Shown: positions 45,557 to 59,538, numbered from the stretch's first letter. The stretch is DNA of 64,000 nucleotides from Gammaproteobacteria bacterium (GCA_965238225.1 OZ250183.1:1504001-1568000); one strand, 5' to 3'. Notes: generated by a model not told the origin, from the letters alone. Numbers and translations are program-made.

Positions 45557-46135
45557 ATGAGAATCTTCTTTTTAATTATGACATTGATTTTAGCAGCGGA
45601 GGTCTTTGCTGATGTATACCGTACGGTTGACAAAAATGGGAATGCCATCTTCACTGACAAAAATTCCCCGGATGCTGAAAAAATCAAGATGCAGAAGACT
45701 ACTACTACGATTGACTCATTAGATTTGCCAGATCTTTCATTAATTGAAGGAAATGCAATTGAAAGAGGTGAAAGGAATGGGTCTTCTATAAAGGAACTGG
45801 CTCAGGCAAGCTATGCAAAACTAGAGATTACCAATCCTAAAAATGACCAAGTATTTACGAACATAGACAATATGACTGTTAGTGTTGTAGCTCAACCACA
45901 ATTGAATACCGCAAATGGTGATCATTTCATTCTGAATATAAATGGCAAAAAAATGACTACCTCAAACTCGCCTTCTTTTGGTTTGACTGACATTACTAGA
46001 GGTACGCATGAGATAGAGGTGTATATCGCCAATAAAAATGGTGAATCTCTGGTTCGCTCTGCACCTGTCTCATTTACTGTGAAACGCCACACTATCTTAT
46101 TGCCAAAAAAGCCATCTACACCCTCCACAAACTAA
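45557..46135 (+). CDS. DUF4124-domain exported protein with Ig-like C-terminus
   Basis: Signal peptide then VYRTVDKNGNAIFTD; LTDITRGTHEIEV; usual neighbour of glnA. Confidence 0.8.
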   Translation: MRIFFLIMTLILAAEVFADVYRTVDKNGNAIFTDKNSPDAEKIKMQKTTTTIDSLDLPDLSLIEGNAIERGERNGSSIKELAQASYAKLEITNPKNDQVFTNIDNMTVSVVAQPQLNTANGDHFILNINGKKMTTSNSPSFGLTDITRGTHEIEVYIANKNGESLVRSAPVSFTVKRHTILLPKKPSTPSTN

Positions 46136-46185
46136 TACATCAAATAACACGCTTTATTTTTTCTCAGGATCATTTTTTTACAGAG

Positions 46186-47547
46186 TCATTCCTTTTTAGG
46201 ACGCTTCCAGTCAGACAAAGATTTTTGCTGTGTACGGCTTATTGCCAGTTCATTCTCAGAAACATCTTTTGTGATTGTTGTTCCCGCAGCAATCGTTGCT
46301 CCTGAGCTAATTGTAACAGGCGCGACTAACTGAACATTAGAGCCAACAAAAACATTATCGCCAATAATTGTCTTATGCTTATTAACACCATCATAATTAC
46401 AGGTAATCACACCAGCGCCAACGTTGGTATCTGTTCCGATATCACTATCACCAATATAACTTAGATGATTAATTTTGGAGCCATTGCCGACGACGGATTT
46501 TTTAATCTCAACAAAATTTCCTACATGTACGTTTTCATTCAATACTGTTTCAGGTCTAATTCTGGCAAAAGGGCCAACACGACAAGATTTGCCAATCACA
46601 GCATTTTCTATCACAGAGTTTGGTAAAATCTCTACGTCATCATCAATGATAGTATTCTTTATAATGCAATTTGCACCAATGCGCACACCTCTGCAAATTT
46701 TTAACTGGCCTTCCAATATAACGTTAATGTCAATATAACAATCAGAATCAATCTCTAAATTACCTCTGAGATCAAAGCGTTGTGGATCCATAATGGTGAT
46801 GCCTTTTCTCATTAATTGATGCGCCTGTATTAATTGATAATAGCGTTCTAGTTCTGACAATTGCATATGATTATTTACACCTCTACTCTCAACCTCAGAA
46901 TATGGCTGCACAGAATTTATTTTTATCCCATCATTAACTGCTATCTTAATAATATCGGTTAGATAAAATTCATTCTGTGCATTGTTGTCTTCAAGTTTGT
47001 CTACACATTTTTTTAGCACCTTACCATTAACCACCATCATCCCGGTATTTATTTCACGAATCTTCTTTTCATTATCTGACGTATCCCGCTCTTCAGCAAT
47101 TCTGGATATATCATTATTTTTATTTCGTATGATACGGCCGTAGCCGTATGGGTCATCTGCAAAGGAAGTTAAAAGAGAAAAATTTGTTTCTTCTGCAGCA
47201 CGAACAAGATTGCTTAGGGTTTCCTTCGTAATCAGTGGAACATCACCATACAGCACCAACACAAGATCCTTATCTGGTATATTGGGTAATGCCTGTCTAA
47301 CAGCATGGCCTGTACCTAACTGCTCTTTTTGCTCAACCCAGTCAACCGACAAATGGGAAAGTTTGTTTTTGATTTGTTCTTCGCCATGTCCACAGACAAT
47401 ATAGATGCCGCGCGACTCCATCATAGAAGCAGTATGATGAACATGCTCAAGAAGTGTTGTACCTGCGAGATCGTGCAAAACTTTTGGTTTGTCGGAAAAC
47501 ATCCGACTGCCTTGCCCTGCTGCTAGAATGATAATGCTTAATGACAT
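46186..47547 (-). CDS. glmU: Bifunctional GlmU
   Basis: ILAAGQGSRM.S..PKVLH, LYGDVPLI and hexapeptide repeats. Confidence 0.97.
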   Translation of the reverse strand: MSLSIIILAAGQGSRMFSDKPKVLHDLAGTTLLEHVHHTASMMESRGIYIVCGHGEEQIKNKLSHLSVDWVEQKEQLGTGHAVRQALPNIPDKDLVLVLYGDVPLITKETLSNLVRAAEETNFSLLTSFADDPYGYGRIIRNKNNDISRIAEERDTSDNEKKIREINTGMMVVNGKVLKKCVDKLEDNNAQNEFYLTDIIKIAVNDGIKINSVQPYSEVESRGVNNHMQLSELERYYQLIQAHQLMRKGITIMDPQRFDLRGNLEIDSDCYIDINVILEGQLKICRGVRIGANCIIKNTIIDDDVEILPNSVIENAVIGKSCRVGPFARIRPETVLNENVHVGNFVEIKKSVVGNGSKINHLSYIGDSDIGTDTNVGAGVITCNYDGVNKHKTIIGDNVFVGSNVQLVAPVTISSGATIAAGTTITKDVSENELAISRTQQKSLSDWKRPKKE

Positions 47548-47590
47548 AGATGAGACTTAAGTCTATTGGATAGCTGCTAAAAATTAAAAT

Positions 47591-47632
47591 ATCATGCCAA
47601 TTTCATTAACTAATTTCGTTAATTAGCATGAT
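47591..47632 (-). terminator. Possible hairpin between atpC and glmU
   Basis: ATCATGC...GCATGAT imperfect inverted repeat followed by T's on the minus strand. Confidence 0.4.
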
Positions 47633-47656
47633 GGCGTAACGATTAAGGATTATATC

Positions 47657-48085
47657 TTAGGAACGACCTGAGCGATTTTGTAACTTTTGCAGTGCTTCAT
47701 ATTTCGCCCTAGCTTCAATCATCTGCTGTTGTATACGTTCGTAATCAACATCATCGCTACAATCATTAAATGCATGCTCCGCATCTTCTTTTGCCTTTAA
47801 GACTGCAGATTCATCCATATCCTCCGTCCTTGAGGCACTGTCAGATAAAATGGTTACTACATGTGGCTGTATTTCAAGCAATCCGCCAGACACGAAAAAT
47901 GATTCTTCTTTATTCTCAGGTAATTGTAATCGAACCAAGCCAGGCTTTAAGGTTGTTATCAAGGGGGTATGTCTGGGGGCAATACCCAGCTCACCCATCT
48001 TCCCTGGAACAAACGCCATCTCGACTAAACCAGAATAAAGCTCTGTCTCAGCACTTACAATGTCGACATGAATGGTTGCAGCCAA
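47657..48085 (-). CDS. atpC: F1 ATP synthase epsilon subunit
   Basis: VDIVSAE, GELGIAPRHTPLIT and VSGGLLEIQP motifs. Confidence 0.96.
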   Translation of the reverse strand: MAATIHVDIVSAETELYSGLVEMAFVPGKMGELGIAPRHTPLITTLKPGLVRLQLPENKEESFFVSGGLLEIQPHVVTILSDSASRTEDMDESAVLKAKEDAEHAFNDCSDDVDYERIQQQMIEARAKYEALQKLQNRSGRS

Positions 48086-48155
48086 TTAATTGTCCCTCAA
48101 ATGTTTTTGGTCATTAAATATCTACACATAAAATATGTATAGGTCAGAAGATAGA

Positions 48156-49595
<1,440 letters not shown>

Positions 49596-49614
49596 TTAAT
49601 AAAATATGTTTAAT

Positions 49615-50478
49615 TTAAACTGCCGCCGCACCACTGACAATTTCAGATAATTCCTGAGTAATTGCTGCCTGTCGCGCCTTATTATATACAAGCTGCAAAT
49701 CATCAATCAGCGTACTTGCGTTATCAGAGGCACTTTTCATAGCGATCATACGCGCGGCCTGTTCGCAAGAAATATTTTCAATCACTCCCTGATATACTAA
49801 TGACTCTATAAATCGAGTTAGTAGATGATCAAGAATTTCCTTTGAGTTTGGTTCATAGATATAGTCCCAGTGATGCTTCAACTCATCTTCATCACTTTCC
49901 TTAACCGGAAGAAGCTGTTCAATTGTTGGCTCTTGCGTCATTGAATTAATAAATGTATTGGAAACCAAATGCACCTGGTCAATTTTTTCATCATTAAAAG
50001 AATCCAACATGATCTTCACTGTGCCTATCAAATCGTCAACCGACGGCTTATCTCCAATATGTGTTGATTGACCAACAATAGATCCGCCAACGCGAGTAAA
50101 AAAACCAACTGCCTTAGTGCCAATTAAACACATATCAATGCCTATGCCCTTGTCACTCCATTCCTTCATGCGATTTATTGTTTCACGAAACAAATTTGAA
50201 TTCAGACCGCCACAAAGACCGCGATCACTAGAAACAACAATTATGCCAACACGTTTAACCTTGTCACGTTTGTCTAGGTAAGAATGCTTATATTCCGAAC
50301 TGGCATTGCCCAGATGCGCAATAATATTACGAATCTTGTCAGCGTATGGTCTGGCTGCTCTCATTCGTTCCTGAGCTTTGCGCATCTTACTGGCAGCGAC
50401 CATTTCCATCGCCTTGGTAATCTTTTGCGTATTTTTTATGCTGGCAATTTTGGTTCTTACTTCTTTTGCAGAAGCCAT
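49615..50478 (-). CDS. atpG: F1 ATP synthase gamma subunit
   Basis: [22 protein letters not shown] and [12 protein letters not shown] motifs. Confidence 0.98.
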   Translation of the reverse strand: MASAKEVRTKIASIKNTQKITKAMEMVAASKMRKAQERMRAARPYADKIRNIIAHLGNASSEYKHSYLDKRDKVKRVGIIVVSSDRGLCGGLNSNLFRETINRMKEWSDKGIGIDMCLIGTKAVGFFTRVGGSIVGQSTHIGDKPSVDDLIGTVKIMLDSFNDEKIDQVHLVSNTFINSMTQEPTIEQLLPVKESDEDELKHHWDYIYEPNSKEILDHLLTRFIESLVYQGVIENISCEQAARMIAMKSASDNASTLIDDLQLVYNKARQAAITQELSEIVSGAAAV

Positions 50479-50562
50479 CTATCTACGTCTCATCATTTGA
50501 TTCACTTAACTTAAGTAATCTGGATCTAATTAATTTCATTGTCGGCTCAAAAAATACTGAAA

Positions 50563-52104
50563 TTACCATGTATTATCTTTCTTGAAATTTTCGATACCGT
50601 CCTTGAGTGCTGCTTCAATCTCATCATTGTATTCACCTTGCTCATTAATCTGCTTCATCATATCCGCACGATCACTATGTAAAAAGGTATGTAATGCATC
50701 TTCAAAGATACTGATCTTTTCAAGCTTAATATCATCCATAAAACCATATTCAACTGCGTACAAACTAACAGCCATTTCAGCGATACTTAATGGGGAATAT
50801 TGACGTTGTTTCATCAATTCCATCACACGCTGGCCACGCTCTAACTGCGCGCGTGTCGCATCATCAAGATCCGATGCGAACTGAGCGAAAGCTGCCAATT
50901 CACGATACTGAGCAAGGGCTAGACGAATACCACCACCCAACTTCTTAATAATCTTGGTTTGTGCTGCACCCCCCACGCGAGACACTGACAGACCTGCGTT
51001 AATCGCAGGACGAAAACCGGCGTTAAACAAGTCAGTTTCCAGAAAAATCTGGCCATCGGTGATAGATATGACGTTGGTGGGCACGAATGCAGATACGTCA
51101 CCTGCTTGCGTTTCAATAATGGGTAAAGCTGTTAGTGAGCCAGTTTGGCCTGTGACCTTACCGTTTGTAATCTTCTCAATGTGCTGTACGCTGACACGTG
51201 ATGCACGTTCCAATAGACGCGAATGCAAATAGAACACATCGCCAGGATAGGCTTCGCGACCAGGCGGGCGTTTCAGTAATAATGAAATTTGGCGATAGGC
51301 CCAAGCTTGCTTGGTCAAATCATCATAAATAATCAGTGCGTCTTCACCAAGATCACGGAAATATTCGCCCATGGTACAACCGGAATAAGGCGCAATGTAT
51401 TGCAATGCTGCTGAATCAGATGCACTTGCTGAAACTACAATAGTATGTTCCAACGCACCATGCTCTTCTAGTTTGCGAATTACCGCTGCAACCGAAGAAG
51501 CTTTTTGGCCAATTGCAACATAGACACATTTAACGCCTGTGCCTTTCTGGTTAATGATGGTGTCTACCGCGACAGCCGTTTTACCTGTTTGGCGATCACC
51601 AATAATTAACTCACGTTGGCCACGACCAATTGGCACCATGGAGTCAATTGACTTAAGCCCGGTTTGTACAGGCTGGTCAACAGACTTTCTGGCAATAACC
51701 CCAGGGGCAATCTTTTCAATCGGGGAAGTTTCAGAGCAGGCTATCTCACCTTTGCCATCAATCGGGTTACCCAGCGCATCAACAACACGACCAAGTAATT
51801 CTCTGCCAACAGGAACTTCAAGAATACGTTGTGTACATTTTGCTGTATCGCCTTCAGAGATATGCTCATATGCACCCATGATAACGACACCGACTGAGTC
51901 GCGCTCAAGGTTTAACGCCAAGCCGTAGGTATTGCCATGAAGTTCTATCATTTCGCCCTGCATGGCATCGCTTAAGCCATGAATAGTTGCAATCCCATCT
52001 TTCAAACTAACCACTGTACCTTCGGTGCGGGCTTCGGTTTCAAGGTCTAGACCTTGAATTTTTTTCTTAATCAGATCACTTATTTCTGCTGCGCTGATGG
52101 CCAT
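50563..52104 (-). CDS. atpA: F1 ATP synthase alpha subunit
   Basis: GDRQTGKT and [21 protein letters not shown] motifs. Confidence 0.98.
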   Translation of the reverse strand: MAISAAEISDLIKKKIQGLDLETEARTEGTVVSLKDGIATIHGLSDAMQGEMIELHGNTYGLALNLERDSVGVVIMGAYEHISEGDTAKCTQRILEVPVGRELLGRVVDALGNPIDGKGEIACSETSPIEKIAPGVIARKSVDQPVQTGLKSIDSMVPIGRGQRELIIGDRQTGKTAVAVDTIINQKGTGVKCVYVAIGQKASSVAAVIRKLEEHGALEHTIVVSASASDSAALQYIAPYSGCTMGEYFRDLGEDALIIYDDLTKQAWAYRQISLLLKRPPGREAYPGDVFYLHSRLLERASRVSVQHIEKITNGKVTGQTGSLTALPIIETQAGDVSAFVPTNVISITDGQIFLETDLFNAGFRPAINAGLSVSRVGGAAQTKIIKKLGGGIRLALAQYRELAAFAQFASDLDDATRAQLERGQRVMELMKQRQYSPLSIAEMAVSLYAVEYGFMDDIKLEKISIFEDALHTFLHSDRADMMKQINEQGEYNDEIEAALKDGIENFKKDNTW

Positions 52105-52245
52105 GCCTTATTCCTCATCTGCCATTAAATTTCCACTATTAAATTTCGTATGTATCAATATTCTATGCACCATTTTCTAAAAAAATTATTTACAGCACTA
52201 AATTACACTACAAATCATTTCATTGCTGCTATATTCGTTAACTAC

Positions 52246-52782
52246 TTAATTGCGCATCTGCATTTTTAATGCCTGTAAACGACCTTTTATAGAAGCATTA
52301 ATTACTTCGTCACCTGTCCGAATTACCACACCGCCTATCAATGAATCATCGGTATCGTGGGTGATGTCTACTTTTCTCTTCAGGCGTTTTGCCATTACCT
52401 CTGATATATTTTCCTGCTGCTTTGCTGTTAGTTCATAAGCTGAGGTCACGGCAACTTTAATCACGCCTTCAGCTTCTGCTCGTAGTTCTTCATACAGTAT
52501 TTTTATTTCAGGAATAAGCGCCAAACGTCCAGCTTGTGCAAGCACCTTGACTAGATTATTACCTGTTTCACTAAGCGCCTCACCACATACACTCAAGATA
52601 AGGTGAGATAATGTCTCAGCATCCAGTTTTGGATTTTTCAGTACTGCTTGCAGTTTAGCATCAGCCACAACTGTATTCAGCAGCCCTAACATTAAAGACC
52701 ACTCGGCTAACTTGTTTTCTTCGCACGCCGTCGCAAATACTGCTCGAACATAAGGCCTAGCCTGCGTTGTTTTTTCCTGCAT
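52246..52782 (-). CDS. atpH: F1 ATP synthase delta subunit
   Basis: ARPY and D.SLIGGVVIR.GD motifs; operon position. Confidence 0.95.
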   Translation of the reverse strand: MQEKTTQARPYVRAVFATACEENKLAEWSLMLGLLNTVVADAKLQAVLKNPKLDAETLSHLILSVCGEALSETGNNLVKVLAQAGRLALIPEIKILYEELRAEAEGVIKVAVTSAYELTAKQQENISEVMAKRLKRKVDITHDTDDSLIGGVVIRTGDEVINASIKGRLQALKMQMRN

Positions 52783-52819
52783 TTTTCTATTTTTTCAGAA
52801 GCTCGTTCATGTTATCGAC

Positions 52820-53290
52820 TTACAGACTGGCTCTGATTTTATCAAGCACTTCATTATGCGCATTCTTATCAACTTCTCTCATTAAGATTTGCTCAGCTCC
52901 GGCAATTGCCAAAGCAGATACTTCAGAGCGTAATGTCTCTTTCGCCGCCTGACGTTCCTGTTCAATCTCAACTCTTGCCGCATGCAAAATACGCTCACCT
53001 TCGTCGCGCGCATCATCTTTGGCTGCATCGACAATCTCATCATGACGTTTTTGTGCTTGATTAATAAATTCCATGGATTTTTCTTTTCCTTCACGCAAGA
53101 TTTCAGCTGATTTTTGCTCTGCAAGCAAAAGCTCATGATGACCCTTTTCTGCTTCAGCGAGACCGTCTGCAATCCTCTTCGTACGTTTATTCAGCGCATC
53201 CATAATAGGCGGCCACACATACTTCATAGTAAAAATTACAAACAGGAAGAATGACAATGATTGTGCGAGCAATGTGACAGTGATATTCAT
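52820..53290 (-). CDS. atpF: F0 ATP synthase subunit b
   Basis: MNITVTL, MKYVWPP and AIAGAEQIL motifs. Confidence 0.96.
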   Translation of the reverse strand: MNITVTLLAQSLSFFLFVIFTMKYVWPPIMDALNKRTKRIADGLAEAEKGHHELLLAEQKSAEILREGKEKSMEFINQAQKRHDEIVDAAKDDARDEGERILHAARVEIEQERQAAKETLRSEVSALAIAGAEQILMREVDKNAHNEVLDKIRASL

Positions 53291-53337
53291 GCTTTACACC
53301 TCTCCATAATCCAGTTCTCTTAAGTTTGAACTGGCAG

Positions 53338-53604
<267 letters not shown>

Positions 53605-53641
53605 TTAAAAATATACTTAAACTTAATTCCCGACCAAATAT

Positions 53642-54517
<876 letters not shown>

Positions 54518-54543
54518 TTATCCCAAGTATCATTGAATTTGTT

Positions 54544-54978
54544 CTAGTTGTTATTAAATAGTATAATCAATCCAGTCAAATTTATAACCAGTATTAGTAT
54601 ATACGCAGCAAAAAACGAAACCGCGTGCAATGGTTTTATTACTGCAAAACAGATCGCAAACATTGCTATTGCTAATAAAAATTTCTGCACCTCACTAATA
54701 TAAAAACAACTCAATATCGACTGCGGCGTCTGCTGCTTAACACGCTTTGGGGCGCTTCTCGTCAAGATATTTCTGGCGAAATAAACATTCGGCAAAATGC
54801 ACACTGCGCTGCCTAATAAAATAGAATACGCAATAACCAAGCCACAGAATGTATATGACGCAAGTGCAACAACAACTGTAACGATTAGCTCAATACAAAC
54901 CAATCTACAGAAGATGGCTCTATTTTTTGTTATTTTTGTATTACAGTTCAAACTACTGCTTCTTTGAATATTTAGCAA
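54544..54978 (-). CDS. atpI: ATP synthase protein I
   Basis: Small four-TM protein with LPNVYFA and FY.SE..K; first gene of the atp operon. Start uncertain. Confidence 0.85.
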   Translation of the reverse strand: MLNIQRSSSLNCNTKITKNRAIFCRLVCIELIVTVVVALASYTFCGLVIAYSILLGSAVCILPNVYFARNILTRSAPKRVKQQTPQSILSCFYISEVQKFLLAIAMFAICFAVIKPLHAVSFFAAYILILVINLTGLIILFNNN

Positions 54979-55188
54979 ACAGTAATGCCAGCCTTCAAAA
55001 GCACCGTATTTTCGTTTACAATACCCTTAATCGTTTGCTGCATCCTTAAAAATCTGTCATTGCAATTAATTTATTCTTAAAAATAACGTGTCTGCCACGC
55101 ATCCTTAAATATGTAGAACGTAACTTATAATACCATTAGTAGTGTGATAATCTTTAGATTGAGTTTATAAATATGAGAATGCTAGACA

Positions 55189-57294
55189 ATGTTATTGACA
55201 TCCATACGTGAAAAAAATACAACCTTTATCTTCCTTAGCATACAGTGCATCATAATTGCCTTCATATTGATCTTCTTAATAAGACACGACGACCAATCAG
55301 CACAAACTCATCAACAAGAGATGAGGCTTCTTGAACTGGATGATCGAATAGAGTACTTAGATGAAGTATTGACCATGTCTGCCAGTATGTTTGCTGCAAC
55401 AAAAAAAGATAAATGGAAACAACGTTATTTCCAATATGCTGAACAGCTGGATGCTGTTATTACAGAAACCGTTCAACTCACACCCGAGATTTATTCTCAG
55501 TATATTGGAACGACCAAAACAGCCAACGACGCACTTACCAGTATGGAAAAAGAGATATTCAGCTCTGCGGGCAATGGTGATAAGGCGCTTGAGATACTAG
55601 ACGGTGATGCTTATACTAAGCATAAGCGACTCTACCGTTTTGGAATTATTGAGCTACGAAGTAACATCATTGATAAAGTGAGCCATAATCAAGCCCAGCT
55701 TAGGCAACGAATGCTGTACACTACTGGTGCGACTATGTTTATTCTGTTAGCACTATCACTAATATATGCGCAGATAATAAGTTCACGCTGGAGAAAATAT
55801 CATGAGAAGCATACGGCAGAATTACATGAAAGCGAACATAAGCTGACAATAAGTAAGAATGATGCCGAAGCTGCGAACAACGCTAAAAGCCAGTTTCTGG
55901 CCTCCATGAGTCATGAACTACGCACACCTTTGAATGCCATCATTGGTTTCACCCATATCCTACGGAAAAGTAACAAGCTGAATAAGGAAGAACATAGCGA
56001 GTATATCAATATCATTCATAAAAGTGGTGAACACCTACTGGCTCTCATCAACGATATCATCAATGTCGCCAAGATTGAATCCAATAAGGTCACCCTAGAA
56101 TATAGAGATATTAATTTATGCAATTTCTTAGATGATATCATCTCTATGATGGGGGTGCGCGCCCAAGAGAAAGCAATACTGCTAAACTCAGTTTACGCCG
56201 ACAGCCTGCCAGAATTCATCCATATTGATTCCATGAAACTACGGCAAATCATCATCAACCTGATTAGCAATTCCATCAAGTTCACCGACAGCGGTACAGT
56301 CACCCTCAAGGTTAATTATGATACACAAGGTCACAAGATGCAGAATACACTCCATGTTGAGGTACATGACACGGGCGTTGGCATCAGTCCTGAAGACCAA
56401 GCAACACTCTTCCAGCCCTTTGTACAAACAGCAACAGGTCGTGCAAATGCTTCTGGTGCCGGTCTTGGCTTGTCCATCTCACAGCACTTTGCGCAAATGA
56501 TGGGCGGTGAAATCCAGATTGACTCGAAGCTAGGACAAGGCAGTGTCTTCAAGTTCTCCATCTTAGTAGACGCTGCTGCCGATGATGGCGACCTAGGCGA
56601 AACGATGCCAGAACGTCAGGTAAGACGCATCGTTACAGGACAGAATATACCAACAGTACTGGTGATTGATGATATAGAATACAGCCGCTTATTAGTTGCT
56701 GAACACATGCAGAGGGTCGGCTTCATTGTACACACTGCCAAAAATGGCCAAGAAAGCTTGAAACTATTCAAAGAAATCCAGCCCGATCTCATCATCATGG
56801 ATATCATCATGCCTGTTATGGACGGTAGAACTGCAGCCAAGCAAATACGCCTGATGAAAAACGGTGACAAAACCAAGATGATTGCACTAACTACCAGTGT
56901 ACTTAAAGAGGATCGTGATGTCATCTTGGCATGTGGCTTTGACGACATCACCTTTAAACCGTTACGGATAGATGCACTTTTTGCGTTGATTGGGCAAATG
57001 CTTGATATTAAGTTTACCTACCACGATGAACATTTGGAAAAACCCAAACTCATAGACTCATCTGCCACAAGGGAAATAATAAAGAAGAAGTTTACAGATG
57101 ATCAGGTTGCTGCCTTAGATGACAATTGGGTGATTGAGTTTAAACAAAAAGCCATCGAAGGAGATGTAGATGCGCTCCATGCTTTGCTTAACGATTTGCC
57201 TGATAAAAACGATCCAATCAAACAACAACTGACCCAAGTTATTAATGAGTATCAGTTTGAGATGATTGAAGAAATACTTACAACTGATACTTAA
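55189..57294 (+). CDS. Membrane-bound hybrid sensor histidine kinase
   Basis: Two TM helices around a periplasmic domain; H-box FLASMSHELRTPLNAIIG; NLISNSIKFT, DTGVGI and GAGLGL; REC domain (IIMDIIMP.MDG). Confidence 0.93.
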   Translation: MLLTSIREKNTTFIFLSIQCIIIAFILIFLIRHDDQSAQTHQQEMRLLELDDRIEYLDEVLTMSASMFAATKKDKWKQRYFQYAEQLDAVITETVQLTPEIYSQYIGTTKTANDALTSMEKEIFSSAGNGDKALEILDGDAYTKHKRLYRFGIIELRSNIIDKVSHNQAQLRQRMLYTTGATMFILLALSLIYAQIISSRWRKYHEKHTAELHESEHKLTISKNDAEAANNAKSQFLASMSHELRTPLNAIIGFTHILRKSNKLNKEEHSEYINIIHKSGEHLLALINDIINVAKIESNKVTLEYRDINLCNFLDDIISMMGVRAQEKAILLNSVYADSLPEFIHIDSMKLRQIIINLISNSIKFTDSGTVTLKVNYDTQGHKMQNTLHVEVHDTGVGISPEDQATLFQPFVQTATGRANASGAGLGLSISQHFAQMMGGEIQIDSKLGQGSVFKFSILVDAAADDGDLGETMPERQVRRIVTGQNIPTVLVIDDIEYSRLLVAEHMQRVGFIVHTAKNGQESLKLFKEIQPDLIIMDIIMPVMDGRTAAKQIRLMKNGDKTKMIALTTSVLKEDRDVILACGFDDITFKPLRIDALFALIGQMLDIKFTYHDEHLEKPKLIDSSATREIIKKKFTDDQVAALDDNWVIEFKQKAIEGDVDALHALLNDLPDKNDPIKQQLTQVINEYQFEMIEEILTTDT

Positions 57295-57342
57295 AAGTTA
57301 TATTATTGAGTTTGGTAGAGAAATAGATAAAGGCGCACGTGC

Positions 57343-59538
57343 ATGACACATACTGACGCAAAGATATATAAAGACAATTTATATCTTAAAGATAAGGATA
57401 TACTGATCGTTGATGATCATGCAGACAATCTAAAACTGATTCATTCGTTACTACTTAAAAGTGGTGCCAACATTCGTATGGCTAATAGTGGCAAAATGGC
57501 ACTACAGTCGGTTATATCCAAACAACCCGACCTCATCTTGCTTGATATCACTATGCCAAACATGGACGGCTTCGAGGTGTGTAAACAACTCAAAGCAGAT
57601 GGATTAACTGTAGATATACCCGTCATCTACCTTAGTGCATTGAAAGAAGAAATGGATATCGTGCGCGGCTTTGAAACTGGCGCTGTTGATTTTGTAAGCA
57701 AACCTTTTAACCCGTCAATACTACTTGCCCGTGTAACAGCCCATCTAAGAATTAGCAGTTTACAAAGAGATCTCTATCAATTAAATGAGAAATTGCAAGT
57801 TCGGGTAGAAGAACGAACGAAAAAAATAATAGAGACTAATACTGAACTGACAAAAAGTGAATCTCGACTTAAATACGCTCTATTAGCCTCCAATGAAGGT
57901 ATATGGGACTGGGACTTGCATGAAGATGTCATTTATTACAATAGCACTTTTTTCACTATGCTCGGTTATGATGCATTTGAATTTCCACATAAAACTGATT
58001 CATGGTTTTCTTTAATCCACCCAGATGACTATCAAACATGTCGGGAACATATTGACCTTTGTTTAGATAATAATGCATCTAAATTTAAAATAAAATACCG
58101 CATGCGCAAGAATAATGATGAGTATTGTTGGGTATCGTCTAAAGGGATGATTGTTGAAAGAAATTCATCTAACCTACCGATGAGAATAACAGGTACGCAC
58201 ACAGATATCGACAAGGAAGTAAATACACAGGAAAAACTGCGCCAGTTAGCAAGTTATGATCCTCTAACAAAACTCACCAACCGTTCCCTGTTCCTTGACA
58301 TAGTCAAACAGGCTGTTTCTCGATCCCAACGAAATAATAGTCGTCATGCTGTTTTATTTATGGACTTGGATCGTTTTAAAAAAATTAATGATTCTCTAGG
58401 GCATACTGTTGGAGATCAGTTATTAATCGAGGTCAGTAACATTTTATCAAATACGCTCCGTGATAGCGATATCATCTCCAGATTCGGCGGCGATGAATTT
58501 ACCATCCTGTTGCAGGATATCTCGAACATCCGTCAAATCACAGAAACTGCCACACGTATTCTACATGAATTAAGTAAGCCAATTAATCTTCAGAATCACC
58601 AAGTGGTTGCCTCAACCAGTATCGGTATTGCACTTTGTCCTGACAATGGTACGCGATCGACTGATCTATTAAAGAACGCTGATACTGCCATGTACCATGC
58701 CAAAAATAACGGCGGCAATAATTACTGGTTTTTTAATGAAGAAATGAACCAAGCTGCGCATGATAGCCTAAATATGGAAGAATCATTAAGAAACGCAATC
58801 AAACATAAAGAAATTACCCTGCATTACCAACCGCAGGTAGATGCAAATACAGGCAAGATTGTCAGCATGGAGGCATTATGCCGTTGGTTCCAGCGGGATG
58901 GGGGATCGATTTCCCCGGAAAAATTTATTCCTGTCGCCGAGGAAACCGGACTTATCCTGCCAATAGGAGATATTATTTTTGATCAGGCTTGTGGGAGCGC
59001 AAAACATTGGTTAAATGATAATTTAATGCCCAAAAAAATCTCTATAAACATTTCAGCATCTCAGTTTAAGAAAAAAGATTTACTTGACATTGTATTGCGT
59101 AACCTCAATACACATAAATTGCGTCCAGAGTACCTAGAACTTGAAATAACTGAAGCCATAATAATGGACTCCACGGAAGATTCCATTAATACCATGAAAA
59201 AATTTAAAGACCATGGCATAACTTTGGCAATTGACGATTTTGGTACAGGCTATTCTTCCCTTAGTTACCTAAGAGAATTTCCTATCGACACATTAAAAAT
59301 AGACATGTCTTTCGTTAAAAATATGCAACACTCTGATGTAGATAGAAGTATTGTACAAACGATCATTGACTTGGCACATAACCTAAAGTTTCAGGTGGTT
59401 GCTGAAGGTGTTGAAACACAAGAGCAATCACGAGAACTGGCTGATATGGGTTGTGATATTTTTCAAGGTTATTTGTTTAGTAAGCCAGTTGCTAAAAATG
59501 AAATGAAGAAATTATTAAAAAAAGAAGTACTTCACTAA
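57343..59538 (+). CDS. REC-PAS-GGDEF-EAL response regulator (c-di-GMP synthesis/turnover)
   Basis: ILLDITMPNMDG, GIWDWD..IHPDD (PAS), RDSD..RFGGDEF, MEALCRW and DDFGTGYSS motifs. Confidence 0.94.
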   Translation: MTHTDAKIYKDNLYLKDKDILIVDDHADNLKLIHSLLLKSGANIRMANSGKMALQSVISKQPDLILLDITMPNMDGFEVCKQLKADGLTVDIPVIYLSALKEEMDIVRGFETGAVDFVSKPFNPSILLARVTAHLRISSLQRDLYQLNEKLQVRVEERTKKIIETNTELTKSESRLKYALLASNEGIWDWDLHEDVIYYNSTFFTMLGYDAFEFPHKTDSWFSLIHPDDYQTCREHIDLCLDNNASKFKIKYRMRKNNDEYCWVSSKGMIVERNSSNLPMRITGTHTDIDKEVNTQEKLRQLASYDPLTKLTNRSLFLDIVKQAVSRSQRNNSRHAVLFMDLDRFKKINDSLGHTVGDQLLIEVSNILSNTLRDSDIISRFGGDEFTILLQDISNIRQITETATRILHELSKPINLQNHQVVASTSIGIALCPDNGTRSTDLLKNADTAMYHAKNNGGNNYWFFNEEMNQAAHDSLNMEESLRNAIKHKEITLHYQPQVDANTGKIVSMEALCRWFQRDGGSISPEKFIPVAEETGLILPIGDIIFDQACGSAKHWLNDNLMPKKISINISASQFKKKDLLDIVLRNLNTHKLRPEYLELEITEAIIMDSTEDSINTMKKFKDHGITLAIDDFGTGYSSLSYLREFPIDTLKIDMSFVKNMQHSDVDRSIVQTIIDLAHNLKFQVVAEGVETQEQSRELADMGCDIFQGYLFSKPVAKNEMKKLLKKEVLH

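Noticed and set aside
50179-50192. parS-like TGTTTCACGAAACA in atpG, and a half-site in rsmG
   Set aside because: Two bases short of the 16-bp TGTTTCACGTGAAACA palindrome and explained by coding sequence.
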